A stretch of DNA of 63,194 nt, the filler included, from Octopus bimaculoides (lineage: Eukaryota): NCBI RefSeq assembly GCF_001194135.2. It is 7 parts of 5 records of this genome, joined end to end, with 100 filler letters (N's around TTAATTAATTAA, not from the genome) between each part and the next. Parts side by side here need not be neighbours in the genome. Positions count along the whole stretch, not along the records: positions 49,259 to 51,699 come from NC_069000.1; positions 51,800 to 55,549 come from NC_068996.1; positions 55,650 to 63,194 come from NC_068982.1; 4 more parts are not named here. The stretch is one strand, 5' to 3'. A model generated the notes under the pieces. The model had not been told where the DNA came from. It saw only the letters and a list, made by a program, of their open reading frames with translations, and did not search any database. Positions 51,011 through 63,194 of this stretch are shown here, in pieces (positions within the stretch are counted from its first letter, which is position 1; every line of letters begins with the position of its first letter). Position numbers and translations under genes: made by a program.

Positions 51011-53335
51011 GCTGTTCAGGATCATACTCCAACAGCGATCACAAGCTATGATTCCTACCTGTTCTGCATGACTGCCAAAGAGAATCTCTCGTGTATTTCC
51101 TACTTCGCCGGACATTTCAACATCGTAACGATTAACCTTGATGTTCTGGCTGCTTTCCCTAGCTACATATATACTTAATGGCCATTTCGACCGTATAACC
51201 TTAAATTTTAACAATTGGGTCTTTTGGGTCGTCTTGGGATAATAGTTCCTCTTTATTCCAAGCAATCTCCTCATTCGCAACCTCTCGTATTAGCGTCCCC
51301 ATACATATATTCTCAGCATTTCTGACGCTGACATTTGCCCAAGGTGCCACGCAGTGGAACTGAACCCGAAATCATGGGGTTGGGATGCAAGCTTCTTACC
51401 ACACATCCACATTTGGTTCATGCTTCAGCACTATCCCATTTGAGGCGAAGCTCGATTTATCCCATACTCCTCAGTCACTGAAAGGAGTAGCGTGAATCAG
51501 GACTCGGTTCCTTCTTCTAAAAATAACAATATCGATTAATTGTCCAGCAATGCCTCTGCCATGTATTGGTTTCGATTATTTCTCCTAGGTAGTCAACCAT
51601 ACACATCTATCGCGAACATTACTGACTCACTGTTTAGCCATCTTGTACACATTACATTTCTGAGCTTCGTGACACAAAACATCAACAATTCTTTTATTTN
51701 NNNNNNNNNNNNNNNNNNNNNNNNNNNNNNNNNNNNNNNNNNNTTAATTAATTAANNNNNNNNNNNNNNNNNNNNNNNNNNNNNNNNNNNNNNNNNNNNA
51801 AAGTTACAGAAATGTGAAAACTACCGACCCTGCCATCTATTATAACTTTTGTTGTTCTGTTTAATATATACATAGATTATGCCTCCAAAGAAGAGAGTTT
51901 ACTGGGGAAAGAAGCAACCGGTTTAAAAAGACAGCAACAGACTGCAGCAATTCACCACATTCCAGTAGCTACTTTGAACATAATGCAAAATGGTGCATCA
52001 ACATCTTCTGCCCAATCTGATAGAATTCTGGCAAAACTGTGTAGCAACAGATCGCCAGCAATTACTTCATCACAAATTGCCGTCCTAGCTCCTGGTAAAA
52101 GGGATTACCCTGCTATGTATAATCAGGGCAGCGCAAAAAGTTGTTTTGCGCAAGCATTTCTATAGCCAATTAGACAGATGAAATTTACGTTCGCTTAATA
52201 ATGTTATGCAAAACAGCCTTCAGACTTTCCCTATTAATTTCATCGTCTTTGAATTATGAACATATTTACATCATAAGGGTTTTTTTCGTTGTAAGGCTTT
52301 CTTTTTTAGTTGATTTTCACCTAGCAAGACTTATCNNNNNNNNNNNNNNNNNNNNNNNNNNNNNNNNNNNNNNNNNNNNNNNNNNNNNNNNNNNNNNNNN
52401 NNNNNNNNNNNNNNNNNNNNNNNNNNNNNNNNNNNNNNNNNNNNNNNNNNNNNNNNNNNNNNNNNNNNNNNNNNNNNNNNNNNNNNNNNNNNNNNNNNNN
52501 NNNNNNNNNNNNNNNNNNNNNNNNNNNNNNNNNNNNNNNNNNNNNNNNNNNNNNNNNNNNNNNNNNNNNNNNNNNNNNNNNNNNNNNNNNNNNNNNNNNN
52601 NNNNNNNNNNNNNNNNNNNNNNNNNNNNNNNNNNNNNNNNNNNNNNNNNNNNNNNNNNNNNNNNNNNNNNNNNNNNNNNNNNNNNNNNNNNNNNNNNNNN
52701 NNNNNNNNNNNNNNNNNNNNNNNNNNNNNNNNNNNNNNNNNNNNNNNNNNNNNNNNNNNNNNNNNNNNNNNNNNNNNNNNNNNNNNNNNNNNNNNNNNNN
52801 NNNNNNNNNNNNNNNNNNNNNNNNNNNNNNNNNNNNNNNNNNNNNNNNNNNNNNNNNNNNNNNNNNNNNNNNNNNNNNNNNNNNNNNNNNNNNNNNNNNN
52901 NNNNNNNNNNNNNNNNNNNNNNNNNNNNNNNNNNNNNNNNNNNNNNNNNNNNNNNNNNNNNNNNNNNNNNNNNNNNNNNNNNNNNNNNNNNNNNNNNNNN
53001 NNNNNNNNNNNNNNNNNNNNNNNNNNNNNNNNNNNNNNNNNNNNNNNNNNNNNNNNNNNNNNNNNNNNNNNNNNNNNNNNNNNNNNNNNNNNNNNNNNNN
53101 NNNNNNNNNNNNNNNNNNNNNNNNNNNNNNNNNNNNNNNNNNNNNNNNNNNNNNNNNNNNNNNNNNNNNNNNNNNNNNNNNNNNNNNNNNNNNNNNNNNN
53201 NNNNNNNNNNNNNNNNNNNNNNNNNNNNNNNNCAAATCAGATTGGAGCCTGGTATAGCCACCTGGTTCACCAGTCCTCAGTCAAATCGTCCAACCCATGC
53301 TAGCATGGAAAGCGGACGTTAAACGATGACGATGA

Positions 53336-53375
<40 letters not shown>

Positions 53376-53979
53376 GGCTTCTTTCAGTTTTGGTCTACCA
53401 AATCAACTCACAAGGCTTTGGTTAGCATGGAGCTATAGTTAAAGACAAGAGACCATGCAGTGGGACTCAGTGGGACTGGACCCAGAACCATGTGTTTTGG
53501 ATGTAAATGTCTTACCATACAGTCTACACTGAATTTTGTCCTTTGCCTTTCGTGAATGCCTGAACATCCAAGGGTGAAACTCAGTGTAGACTGTAAATTT
53601 TTGATGTGATAAACATATTTATCCACTGCTTCCTGTGTATTGAATTTTCTGTGAGAGAAAATTAAGTATTGTACTACATGTGTGGGAATGAGCATTGCTA
53701 AAGGTGATGCAAGTCACCTATCAATGTATAGGAGAAAGATTGCATGAAATCCTTAAGCACATAGTTATACCTATGTTGTGTGTATGCATTGTTATACCTA
53801 TATGTGTGTATGCATACACACACACACACACATATATACACATATTATTTTTACTGGTGAAGGCTGGTTTATGAGGTTACCTTGGGTTTCCTGTCCATAA
53901 AGGGTTTAACTTTATGGCATATTGTCAGACCCCAAGACCTGTTGGCCTAAGACTTCTTTAAAATACAGAGGAGTAAAGC

Positions 53980-54021
<42 letters not shown>

Positions 54022-55311
54022 GTGATTGTATGTATATATATGTATGAATGCAAATGCAACTGTGTGGTTAAGAATTTTTCTTTGCATTCATTATGTCTGT
54101 GGATTTGATTCTACCATATGTTCATTAAATTTTGTTTTTTTACTGTAGCCATGAGCCAAGCTAAGCTTTGTCAGTGAAATTGCTTAGAGGGGAAACTGTA
54201 GAAGCCCTTTGCATTGACAACACTTGTGTTTTTCAATGGATTAACCTTGCCACACACACTATGTTGTGAGGATTACATTATGAATATGTTTATCTGTGTA
54301 ATACTCAAGCACTAACAAGAAAAATCAGTGAGTGAGTGCTTTGAAAGGGTCAACAACTGAATAATCATCATTGAAACCACTTGCAAATCCATCTATTTTC
54401 TGTTTTGCTGACCAGGTTGTCTGTGTTTCTACTTAGTAGTCTTTTAATCAGGCATCTTGCATTTGGGACAACAATATTTGATGCACCCTTCCTTGTTTAA
54501 CACTTGGTAAATCCTGATCCAGTAGACCTATAACCAAAAACAATCCAGCCAGGACCATCCTTTCTTTCATTCAGGCATAGTATATTTGGGACTACATTAT
54601 TTAGCATGTCCATCCATGTACTTGTTTAGGTTCAGGTCAATCCAGAGTCAGCCGATAAAGACCCTGGAGAAGTTTATTATCCAGTGTCTCTTAAAGATCC
54701 TTTCAAGTACCTATTAAGATATGCAGAAATCCTCTCAAAGATGCACACTTGCAGCTTTAAATCTACATGGTACAAATATCATGTAATGCACATGTCTATG
54801 TCATGTTTGTCCCTCAGGTTTATCTACAGACATGACTAGGGGATCAAGGAATAGTTCAAAGACCAGCTTAAGACAGCTTTAAAGACGACCAATATCAAAT
54901 CTTGCAACAATTTGTTTACTTCAGTACGCTTCTTTTGGAGAGAGGTTAAAGATATGGAGGAAACATACTCTCAACTCTATCCAAAGTGAGGATAGAGGTA
55001 TGTACAGTCATCAAAAAATTAACAAATAAAGTAATAAGTAATCATCACATTCAACTACCAACAAACAGCAGCAAATTGATATTATATATATATGGTAAGG
55101 ATTTGCTCCCCTCTTTGCAATCATATCGGATGCAGCTGTGCATCATTAATTAGCTAGAGGAGATGTCCTCTTGGGGTTAAAAAATTGCAGTAGAATCTGC
55201 TCGAATGGACTGCTATGGCTACAAATATATATATGTATACATATATATATATATTCAGAAATATATATACAGATATATATATATATATATATACATACAT
55301 ACATATATATA

Positions 55312-55343
<32 letters not shown>

Positions 55344-55737
55344 GTTAAGTAGAGATTTACACTCTGCAAAATGGTATGGTCCCAATTTATTAAGCCTTCT
55401 TTCCTCATCTCAAGCCCCTGTTCTTTCCTCTTCCCTCTTCTCTTATTTTATGTATTTGTATTCACTCTGATGAAGCTCCATGTACTAGATGACGAATATT
55501 ATTCTCATAATTTTCTTTGAAGGCACTGACCAACATTGGTTGCAGAAACNNNNNNNNNNNNNNNNNNNNNNNNNNNNNNNNNNNNNNNNNNNNTTAATTA
55601 ATTAANNNNNNNNNNNNNNNNNNNNNNNNNNNNNNNNNNNNNNNNNNNNATACACACACACATACATATATACATATACATATGTATATATATATATATA
55701 TATATGTATATATTATATATATGCATATATGTATGTG

Positions 55738-55803
<66 letters not shown>

Positions 55804-57329
55804 TATATATGTGTAAATATGCATATATGTACAAATATATGCACATATATTTATATATATATCACTCTCTATGTATGTATGTATGTATGTATGTATGTAT
55901 GTATGTATATATCTATCTATCTATCTAATTTTCGCCTATTACTTCGATATCGATATCACCAGAAAACACACCACGACGTTTCACTTTTCACACTTGCCAT
56001 TATGCAGGTGATATCGGCCTCTTTCTGAATATTTTCTGAATAATCACTTTTTGAATGTCTAAAACGTAATAAAGGCTTCGAATTATCATGGATATAAGGA
56101 CTGCGCAATTATCCACATTCTTTCGCGCACGCACGCATATGTCTGTCGATGGTAGGGTGGGGGTCGAAGTGATGCGCGCATCGAAGTGATGCGTATGTGT
56201 GTGTGCATGTGTGTATGTGTGTGTGATTGCGCGAACGGATAATGAATGAATCTGGTGCAGAACCTCATTATTGTCTTAAGGCCTAACGGTAATTTCGAAC
56301 TTTGAAACAATGCACTGTTCCCCTTATGCTGGTCGCATGCGCGTTCCCACACGTTTTTCAAACAACGCACGAAAAATGCATGAATGCGTACACTATAAAT
56401 TATTGCTTATACGAAAGGTTTGTTATCGAAAATAAAATAATAATTAATAATTATAAGTGCAGGCGTGACTAAGTGGTAAAAAGTTTGTTTCCTAACCACA
56501 TGGTAACCAGTTCAGACCTGCTGTGTGGCACCTTGGGCAAATGTCTTGTACTAAAGCCCTGGGATGACCAAAGCCTTATAAGTGTACGGAAACTGGATTT
56601 CGAAAACAGAAACTGAAAGAAGCACGTCGTGTGTGTGTGTGTGTGTGTGTGTGCGTGTATGTATATTACTTTTATCTTTTACTTATTTCAGTTATTAGAC
56701 TGCGGCCATGCTGGAGCACCGCCTTGAAGAATTTTTAATTGAATGAATCGACCCCAGTACTTATTTTGTTAATGCCTGGAACTTATTCTATCGATCTCTT
56801 TGTCGAACCGCTAAGTTACGGGACGTAAATAAACCAACACCGGTTGTCAAGCAGTGGTACGGGACAAACACAGACACAAAGACACACACACACATATATA
56901 TACACGACAAGCTTCTTTCACTTTCCATGTACCAAATCCGTTCACAAGGCCTTGGTCAGCCCGAGGCTATAGCAGGAGGCACTTGCTCAAGGTGTCACAC
57001 AGTGGGACTGAACCCGGAACCATGTGACTGAGAAACAAACTTCTTAGCACACAACCACGCTTGCGCCTCCGTGCGTACTTTTAAGTTGGCATCTGCAGAG
57101 GGCTAATTGGGCCTCAGGCCCAAAACTAAAGAGTCCAATTATAATAAGGCATTTATTGGCACCCTACCATCTCAGATTTATATCACAGAGTATCGGGTTT
57201 GGAGAATTTTGTATCATTGTCACTTTTGGAGATTACTGTAAAGTAGCAGGGTAAACAACATTCTTGGTTTCACCATTTGGTATAAGTATGAAGAGACTAT
57301 TGTCATTTCCAACTCTGGAACAACCAACA

Positions 57330-57560
57330 TAGAGCTAGCCATGGGAAAACAGTGCTGTATGAGGTAAAGTCCAACAACTTTCAGTGATTGTCTTAAACCT
57401 TTGTTAATTAACATTGTAAAACTAACTCTCACTGTTGTCTGATATAGACAAAAATATACAATCGGCTACACTCACAAGCTATATCGACGACGCTAAAGTG
57501 ATGCTAGAGATCATGACAAGCGACAATATGTATGAATTTCAACAAAACATAAATGGTATA
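57330..57560 (+). mobile_element. Possible degraded CR1-like RT fragment
   Basis: SYIDDAKVMLEIMTSDNMYEFQQNINGIY resembles SYADDTK...I....D...LQ.DL..IY. Weak. Confidence 0.4.
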
Positions 57561-57599
57561 TATGGAAGGAAGGTGTGTAGCGTATGATCGTCGCATTGA

Positions 57600-58075
57600 C
57601 CATGACAGAGGAAGTTGTCATGGCGATACCTGCTCAGAGGCCTACGCAAAGTTGTAGGAAGTGTATGGAGAGGAATGTATGAGTCGCACACGATTGTACG
57701 AGTGGTTCAGAAGTTTTCAAGATGGCCGAAAAAATGTCGAGTTTGACGAACGCCCTGGGAGACGCGCAACCAGCAGAACTGAGAAAAACATCGCAGATGT
57801 GCGTGCGGCTGTGAGGGGAAATCGTCAGATCACCATCCATGAGTTATCAGAGGATGTGCAGATTAGTTACGGTTCAGTTCAATCCATTATCACTGAAGAT
57901 TTGGGTATGAGACGCANNNNNNNNNNACTGGTGTAACAGCAGAAGTGAGCAGAACGTTAAAATTTAGTGCACATGCACAACAGAGTTTAAGACCAATCTG
58001 TGCCAAACGGCTTCACTCTCCGTGTTTTAGTTTCGTTACTATGGCGACAGTCCGGATACTTATTAATCAGACCAC

Positions 58076-58080
<5 letters not shown>
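57600..58080 (+). mobile_element. Internally deleted mariner transposon (transposase HTH region plus one TIR)
   Basis: YGEECMSRTRLYEWFRSFQDGRKNVEFDERPGR...DVRAAVRGNRQITIHELSEDVQISYGSVQSIITEDLGMRR. TIR-like GTCCGGATACTTATTAATCAGACCACGTGTA near 58048-58080. Confidence 0.9.
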
Positions 58081-58140
<60 letters not shown>

Positions 58141-59129
58141 ACACACACATATATGTACAACCAGGAGAACAACAATAACATGCTGTCCAGTGTGACGTAA
58201 TTCTATGCCTTCGGATTCAGAAAAATGATTTCCAGTGAAAGACCCTCTTTTGCTTGTAAAATGGAAACAATTTATAATCTTATAATCTCTGAGCTTATAG
58301 GCGCAGGCGTGGATAGGCGCAGGCGTGGATAGGGGCAAGCGTGGATAGGGGCAGACGTGGCTGTGTGGTAAGAAGCTTGCATCCCAACCACATAAGTGTC
58401 TATGCGTGCGTTCGTGCGCGCGTGTGTGTTTGTCCCCCACTCCACTCCACCATCACCGCTTGGCAACCAGTGTCTTTGTGTTACGTTCCTTCAGCGGTTC
58501 AGCAAAAGAGACCGAAAGAATAAGTACTAGAGTTTAAAAAATACATATATATTTATAAAGTGAGTCCCGGTGTCGATTTTTTTCAGCTAAAACCCTTCAA
58601 AGCGGTGTTCCAGCATGGCTGCAGCCAAATGACTGAAACGAATATGATTTAAAAGCTAATTGTATTATTGGGAATGATTTGTATGTAGATGCGCCATTTG
58701 CAGGTTGTACGAGTATTTACGTTTAAGGTATATGAGCAGAGCAGACCTTACTTGAAAGATTGTGCATGGTGTACATAAGGAAAAAGTGCAGAGCTGGAGA
58801 CCATTACATCTCAGAAGGTCTCTGAGCATTATCCTATTCTTTTGAATGCTGGCGAGAAGAATATACGATAAGATTCATACGGAAAGTTCTAAAAGATTCA
58901 TATTTTGACCTTTGGCATGAGAGAGAGAGAGAGAGAGAGAGAGGAGGGGGGAGAGGGAGGAAAGTGTGTGTGTATGTGTGTGTGTGTGTGCGAAAGAGAG
59001 AGAGAGAGAAGGAGGGAGAGAGACTGAGATATAANNNNNNNNNNTAAAGAGAGAGCGAGAAAGTGTGCGTGTTTGCGTGTGCGCGTGTGCGTGTGTGCGT
59101 GTACGTGTGAGTGAGAGAGAGAAAGAAAG

Positions 59130-59180
<51 letters not shown>

Positions 59181-59462
59181 AGAATAGGTGATAGTGTCAG
59201 ATGCCAACATTCTCAACAACTCTCATTCCAGGAACCCATACTGTAACAGTTAAAAATTTAAAAGGATATCATTTGGAGAACTGCATTTCAAAAGAATAAT
59301 GAAACGTGATCTAAGTTCCCCCGGCGTCTTACAAATTTAGATGCTCTACTTTCTAACATCAGAACAACTATCCGCAAAATGGCTATGACCACAGCAGAGC
59401 TTTCTCTGCAAATTCATTGATCCAGCAAGTAGAAATGCTACGTAGTCAAATACACACACACA

Positions 59463-59505
<43 letters not shown>

Positions 59506-59565
59506 ACATATATATATGTATATGTGTGTGTATGTATGTATGTATGCATGTATGTATGTATGCGC

Positions 59566-59615
<50 letters not shown>

Positions 59616-59785
59616 NNNNNNNNNNNNNNNNNNNNNNNNNNNNNNNNNNNNNNNNNNNNNNNNNNNNNNNNNNNNNNNNNNNNNNNNNNNNNNNNNNTAT
59701 ATACACACACACACACACTCACACGCACACACGCACACATGCGCATATATGCGTCAATATATGCATCAATATATGCATCAATCAG

Positions 59786-59814
<29 letters not shown>

Positions 59815-59816
<2 letters not shown>

Positions 59817-61705
59817 ATCAAACAAGACAAACTGTTAAACGACATCAAGTTACAAAATCTGCATATCATAGTCATCAGTGAGACCAGACTCCACAGCCCG
59901 CGGGCACTCCAGCACATGTTCGGCGGATATTTCGACATTTATTTTTCTCCGTGTTTGCCGAGAATGGGCGGAGGTGGCACCGCGGTGCTTCTTCGGAAGA
60001 GTCTGGACCTCAAAGCAAGAGCAATTCTCTTAGACCCTGAGAGCAGGCTGGTCGTCTTGGATGTCGATGGCAGTAGTAGGTTTGCTTTTCGACTGATACG
60101 CACCGTTCTTAACAGGCCGGCCAGATTTCTTTCGACGTCTAGAGGTTTTCCTGGTAACGTCTCGACCTTAGCTTTTAGTGCGGTATCGGAACGCTACCCT
60201 GGACACGCATCTACACTACGTGGGCAGAGATAGTAATGGGAGGGGATGCAAATGCCTCAAAGACCTGCTCAGACGTTTCCAACTGTCTGACAGGTACCGA
60301 CTGGACCACCTGAATGTGCCAATGTGGACATGGAGCAACCGCATCGGGTCGTCCAAACNNNNNNNNNNTGGACCACCCGAATGTGCCAATGTGGACATGG
60401 AGCAACCGCATCGGGTCGTCCAAATCGTATTTAGATAGAGTATTCTGTAGGACAGTGGATAAGGATAGTGTAGGTTGTCCACAATTCCAATTTGTCAGCT
60501 ACACAGACCACAAATTTGTGACTTGTACACTTGACTTAGATAAGACACATAGGCAGGGTCTCGGTTACAGGAAGCTGAACGCGTCGTTCACGGCACGCCA
60601 AGCTTACAGGGACCAGATTAGCACATTAGTTAAGAGAGTATTGAGGGGTGCCATGATCAACAACAGATGGTGGTATGCCCTAAAGAAAGCAATTAAAGCA
60701 GAATCGGTTAGGTACAGTAAGGCCCTAGCATTAGACCGAAATAGAATAGAGAGAGATCTAGTTAAGAAATTAGAAGAGGCACTTAGAACTGGCATCGCGT
60801 CCAACGTACTGGCGGTGAGGTTGGCCCTCGACCAATTTCAACGCCAAACACGAAGGATGCGTTGTCAGAGCTAGGATGCGTGCTCTGAGGAATGAAGGAG
60901 TTGGAGCCGCCCGAGAGGCTCGAGTAGCGGAGGCGCAACGAGGCAACGGAGCCACCATTAGGTCACTTACAGATGAACAGGGGTGCAAATTACTTGAGCC
61001 TAAAAGGATGTATGAGGCCTTTCAACAACACTTTGCCCGACTGCTCGGGGCAACTGTTGGGTCAGAACGCAGAGTGGAGTTTAGTGCCTACCTGCATGAC
61101 CTGCCACGACTCTCAGCAAGAGAGGCGGAGTGTCACAGCCGCGCATGACAGGTTGCGTGAGAGACAAGTCACCAGGCTTGGATGGTCTATCCTACGAACT
61201 TTATTGTCATATGCCAGAATTGTTTGGAGGCGTCTTGGCAACTGTCTACTGTAACTGGCAGCAAAACAGGAGTATCCCCGTCTTTGTAAAGCGAGGAGCG
61301 GTGGCACTGCTAAAGAAAGATCCAAACAAAGGGAACGTCATAGATAACTTCAAGCCCATCACTCTGTTCAACGCAGATTTGAAAATTTTGTCCAAGGTGT
61401 TAGCCGAGAGGTTGGCGCTTGTCATCGAGAAAGTAGTCGACAAGGCGCAAACGTGCGCCGTGCCGGGTAGGAGTATCCATGACAACCTCCATCTGATCCG
61501 CTACATCATGGACAGGGTAGTTAAGGAACCTGGCATGGGTGGGGCGCTGATCAATTTGGATCAATCAAAAGCTTTCGATAGGGTAGACCATCACTACTTG
61601 GAGGTTGCCCTTAGAGCGGGTGGTTTCGGTCCCATCTTCCGCAGTTGGATCGCTGCCTTATACAGCGACATCGTTCGGTAGTTCGCGTAAACGGTCATCT
61701 ATCCA
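59815..61705 (+). mobile_element. Tx1/L1-group LINE ORF2 fragment (EN to mid-RT), truncated at both ends and frameshifted
   Basis: EN: HIIVISETRL...GGGGTAVLL..., WTWSN...SYLDRVF. RT: KSPGLDGLSYELY...NFKPITLFNADLKILSKVLA...QTCAVPGRSIHDNLHLIR...NLDQSKAFDRVDH. Confidence 0.92.
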
Positions 61706-63004
61706 GATGGAGAAGCAGGTTTTGTCTCGTGAAAGTTTCAAAAAAGGTGGGTAAATATAGCAAAGATGGTGCGTGCGAGTGATGAAACCACTTTGAGCAT
61801 GATCCTGTAAATCCCCCCCCCCAAAAAAAAAGAGAGAGAGAGAGTGAGAGTGAGCACTTTGCTCTCATGTGTTTATTCCCTCTCCGTTGGCTTTTCTTTC
61901 CACGGATAAGCCTAATCTTGCTTCTTACATTTTTAAAATTCTTCTGTGATACACAATCCCTTTTGATCGCCTTTTTTCCCCCCGATCCTTTTTGATCGGA
62001 ATTTTACTTTTTTTACTCATTTTCCCCCTTTTTTCCTTTTTATTTTCGAAAAGAAAAGCTCTACATTTGTATTTGTCTCCTCTGTGTTTCGCCCTGGCTA
62101 ATAAAGAAAGCTATCTATCTATCTATCTATCTATCTGTCTGCTTGCCTGTCCATCCATCCATCCATCCATCCATCCATCCATCCATCCATCCATCCATCC
62201 ATCTCTGTTTGCCTGTTTGTCTCTGTGTGTAATGTGCGTGCGCATATATGTATACTAGTCATTATGAACACTGTGCATTAACTAATATTGATACAAGTAT
62301 CAGTATTTAGTGCTAATCGAACATATATTTACACATTGTGGGAGCGTTCGTGTTTTTAGAAGGTTAGTCCCTTAGAATTTTGATGAATATCCTCTTTAAA
62401 GGTTGAATATCCTCTTTAAAGGCTATAACGCCCAAATGATATTATCAATTTATCATATCGTGTAAATTCTTCAAAATTTTCTCATGTATTAATTTTATTT
62501 TAATTTTATTTGCTATAATGTTTATAATCACAATACAGATTTTATTTTATATAAATATATTTAAGCAATTATTTTAAAACCTTATATCAACGTATTCCTG
62601 TTTCCCTTCAGAATTATGGCTTCTTAAGCACATTTGATTGATATGGAATTAACAATCGTATTAATCTTGAAACAGTGAATTCCTACATTGACATGCAACT
62701 TCAAGACATGCAACTTCAGTGTTGTGGAGTAGGGATAAAATCATTTCAATGACCCCCACCATGCCACAGAAGAGACAAAGCATTAAGGCATGTTCGTTGA
62801 AACGCTGCAGTGTTTAACTGAAAATTTCTACAGAGTGCAATTTATGTCAGAAACGACATATTGTAACAAGGATGGTCTAACTTGCTTAATATAAAAGCCA
62901 CGTACGATAAACTTCATATACTTGAGAGCTGCAAGACATAATCGAAATTTTCTCACACGTTTTCATTGTTACACATACATTTTATAACAAAATTTCACAA
63001 ATTT

Positions 63005-63167
63005 GGCGCAGGAGTGGCTGTGTGGTAAGTAGCTTGCTTACCAACCACATAGTTCTGGGTTCAGTCCGACTGCGTGGCACCTTGGGCAAGTGTCTTCTAC
63101 TATAGCCTCGGGCCGACCAAAGCCTTGTGAGTGGATTTGGTAGACGGAAACTGAATGAAGCCTGTCG
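63005..63167 (+). mobile_element. Well-preserved short tRNA-derived SINE with a (TA)n tail
   Basis: GGCGCAGGAGTGGCTGTGTGGTAAG...GGGTTCAGTCC...GGAAACTGAATGAAGCCTGTCG(TA)n. Confidence 0.9.
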
Positions 63168-63194
63168 TATATATATATATATATATATATATAT

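Larger units (their letters stand above)
31553..55649. other. Six artificial 100-bp scaffold spacers (N44-TTAATTAATTAA-N44) at 31597, 35175, 42023, 49203, 51744 and 55594
   Basis: An identical 12-mer, with stops in all six frames, is centred in identically sized N runs. Confidence 0.95.

Noticed and set aside
45699-53322. Long ORFs of 210-373 aa
   Set aside because: They are composed almost entirely of N-gap X residues.
31597-55605. Perfect palindrome TTAATTAATTAA recurring six times at spaced intervals
   Set aside because: It is always centred in N44+N44, so it is an artificial scaffolding linker and not biology.
60300-60420. Direct repeat of about 55 bp inside the Tx1 element
   Set aside because: The copies sit on either side of a 10-N gap, typical of an unmerged overlap.
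1-63194. CRISPR arrays, rRNA or prokaryotic operons
   Set aside because: There is no repeat-spacer array with unique spacers and no rRNA-like sequence. The content is intron-containing animal DNA.

Overview
Repeat-dense, AT-rich animal genomic DNA. I infer a coleoid cephalopod, most likely Octopus, from the SINE/LINE complement, the microsatellite load and the style of protocadherin. Two host genes can be supported. (1) A plus-strand hormone-sensitive-lipase (Abhydrolase_3) family carboxylesterase: I reconstructed four phase-compatible internal exons (9253-9350, 13990-14084, 23314-23453, 27161-27247) carrying GDSAG, the acid-loop EIDPL and HGF. The N-terminal and terminal exons were not found in the window. 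(2) A minus-strand cephalopod-type protocadherin (signal peptide, EC1, most of EC2; 42767 to 42079), cut off by an assembly join, with a candidate 5'-UTR exon ending at 46557. The rest is transposable elements and simple repeats: a near-full-length RTE LINE (15854-19490) and many fragments of it, a second RTE family, Tx1/L1, R4/Dong and CR1-like fragments, pogo/Tigger, Tc1 and mariner remnants, tRNA-derived SINEs and MITEs. Six N44-TTAATTAATTAA-N44 spacers are artificial contig joins, so order and adjacency beyond about 31.5 kb are unreliable. I found no convincing wholly new biological system. The best leads are a C4HC3 PHD finger inside the RTE ORF2, a 650-bp near-identical inverted LINE pair sharing inactivating lesions (conversion or foldback), and the orphan protocadherin with an in-frame uORF.
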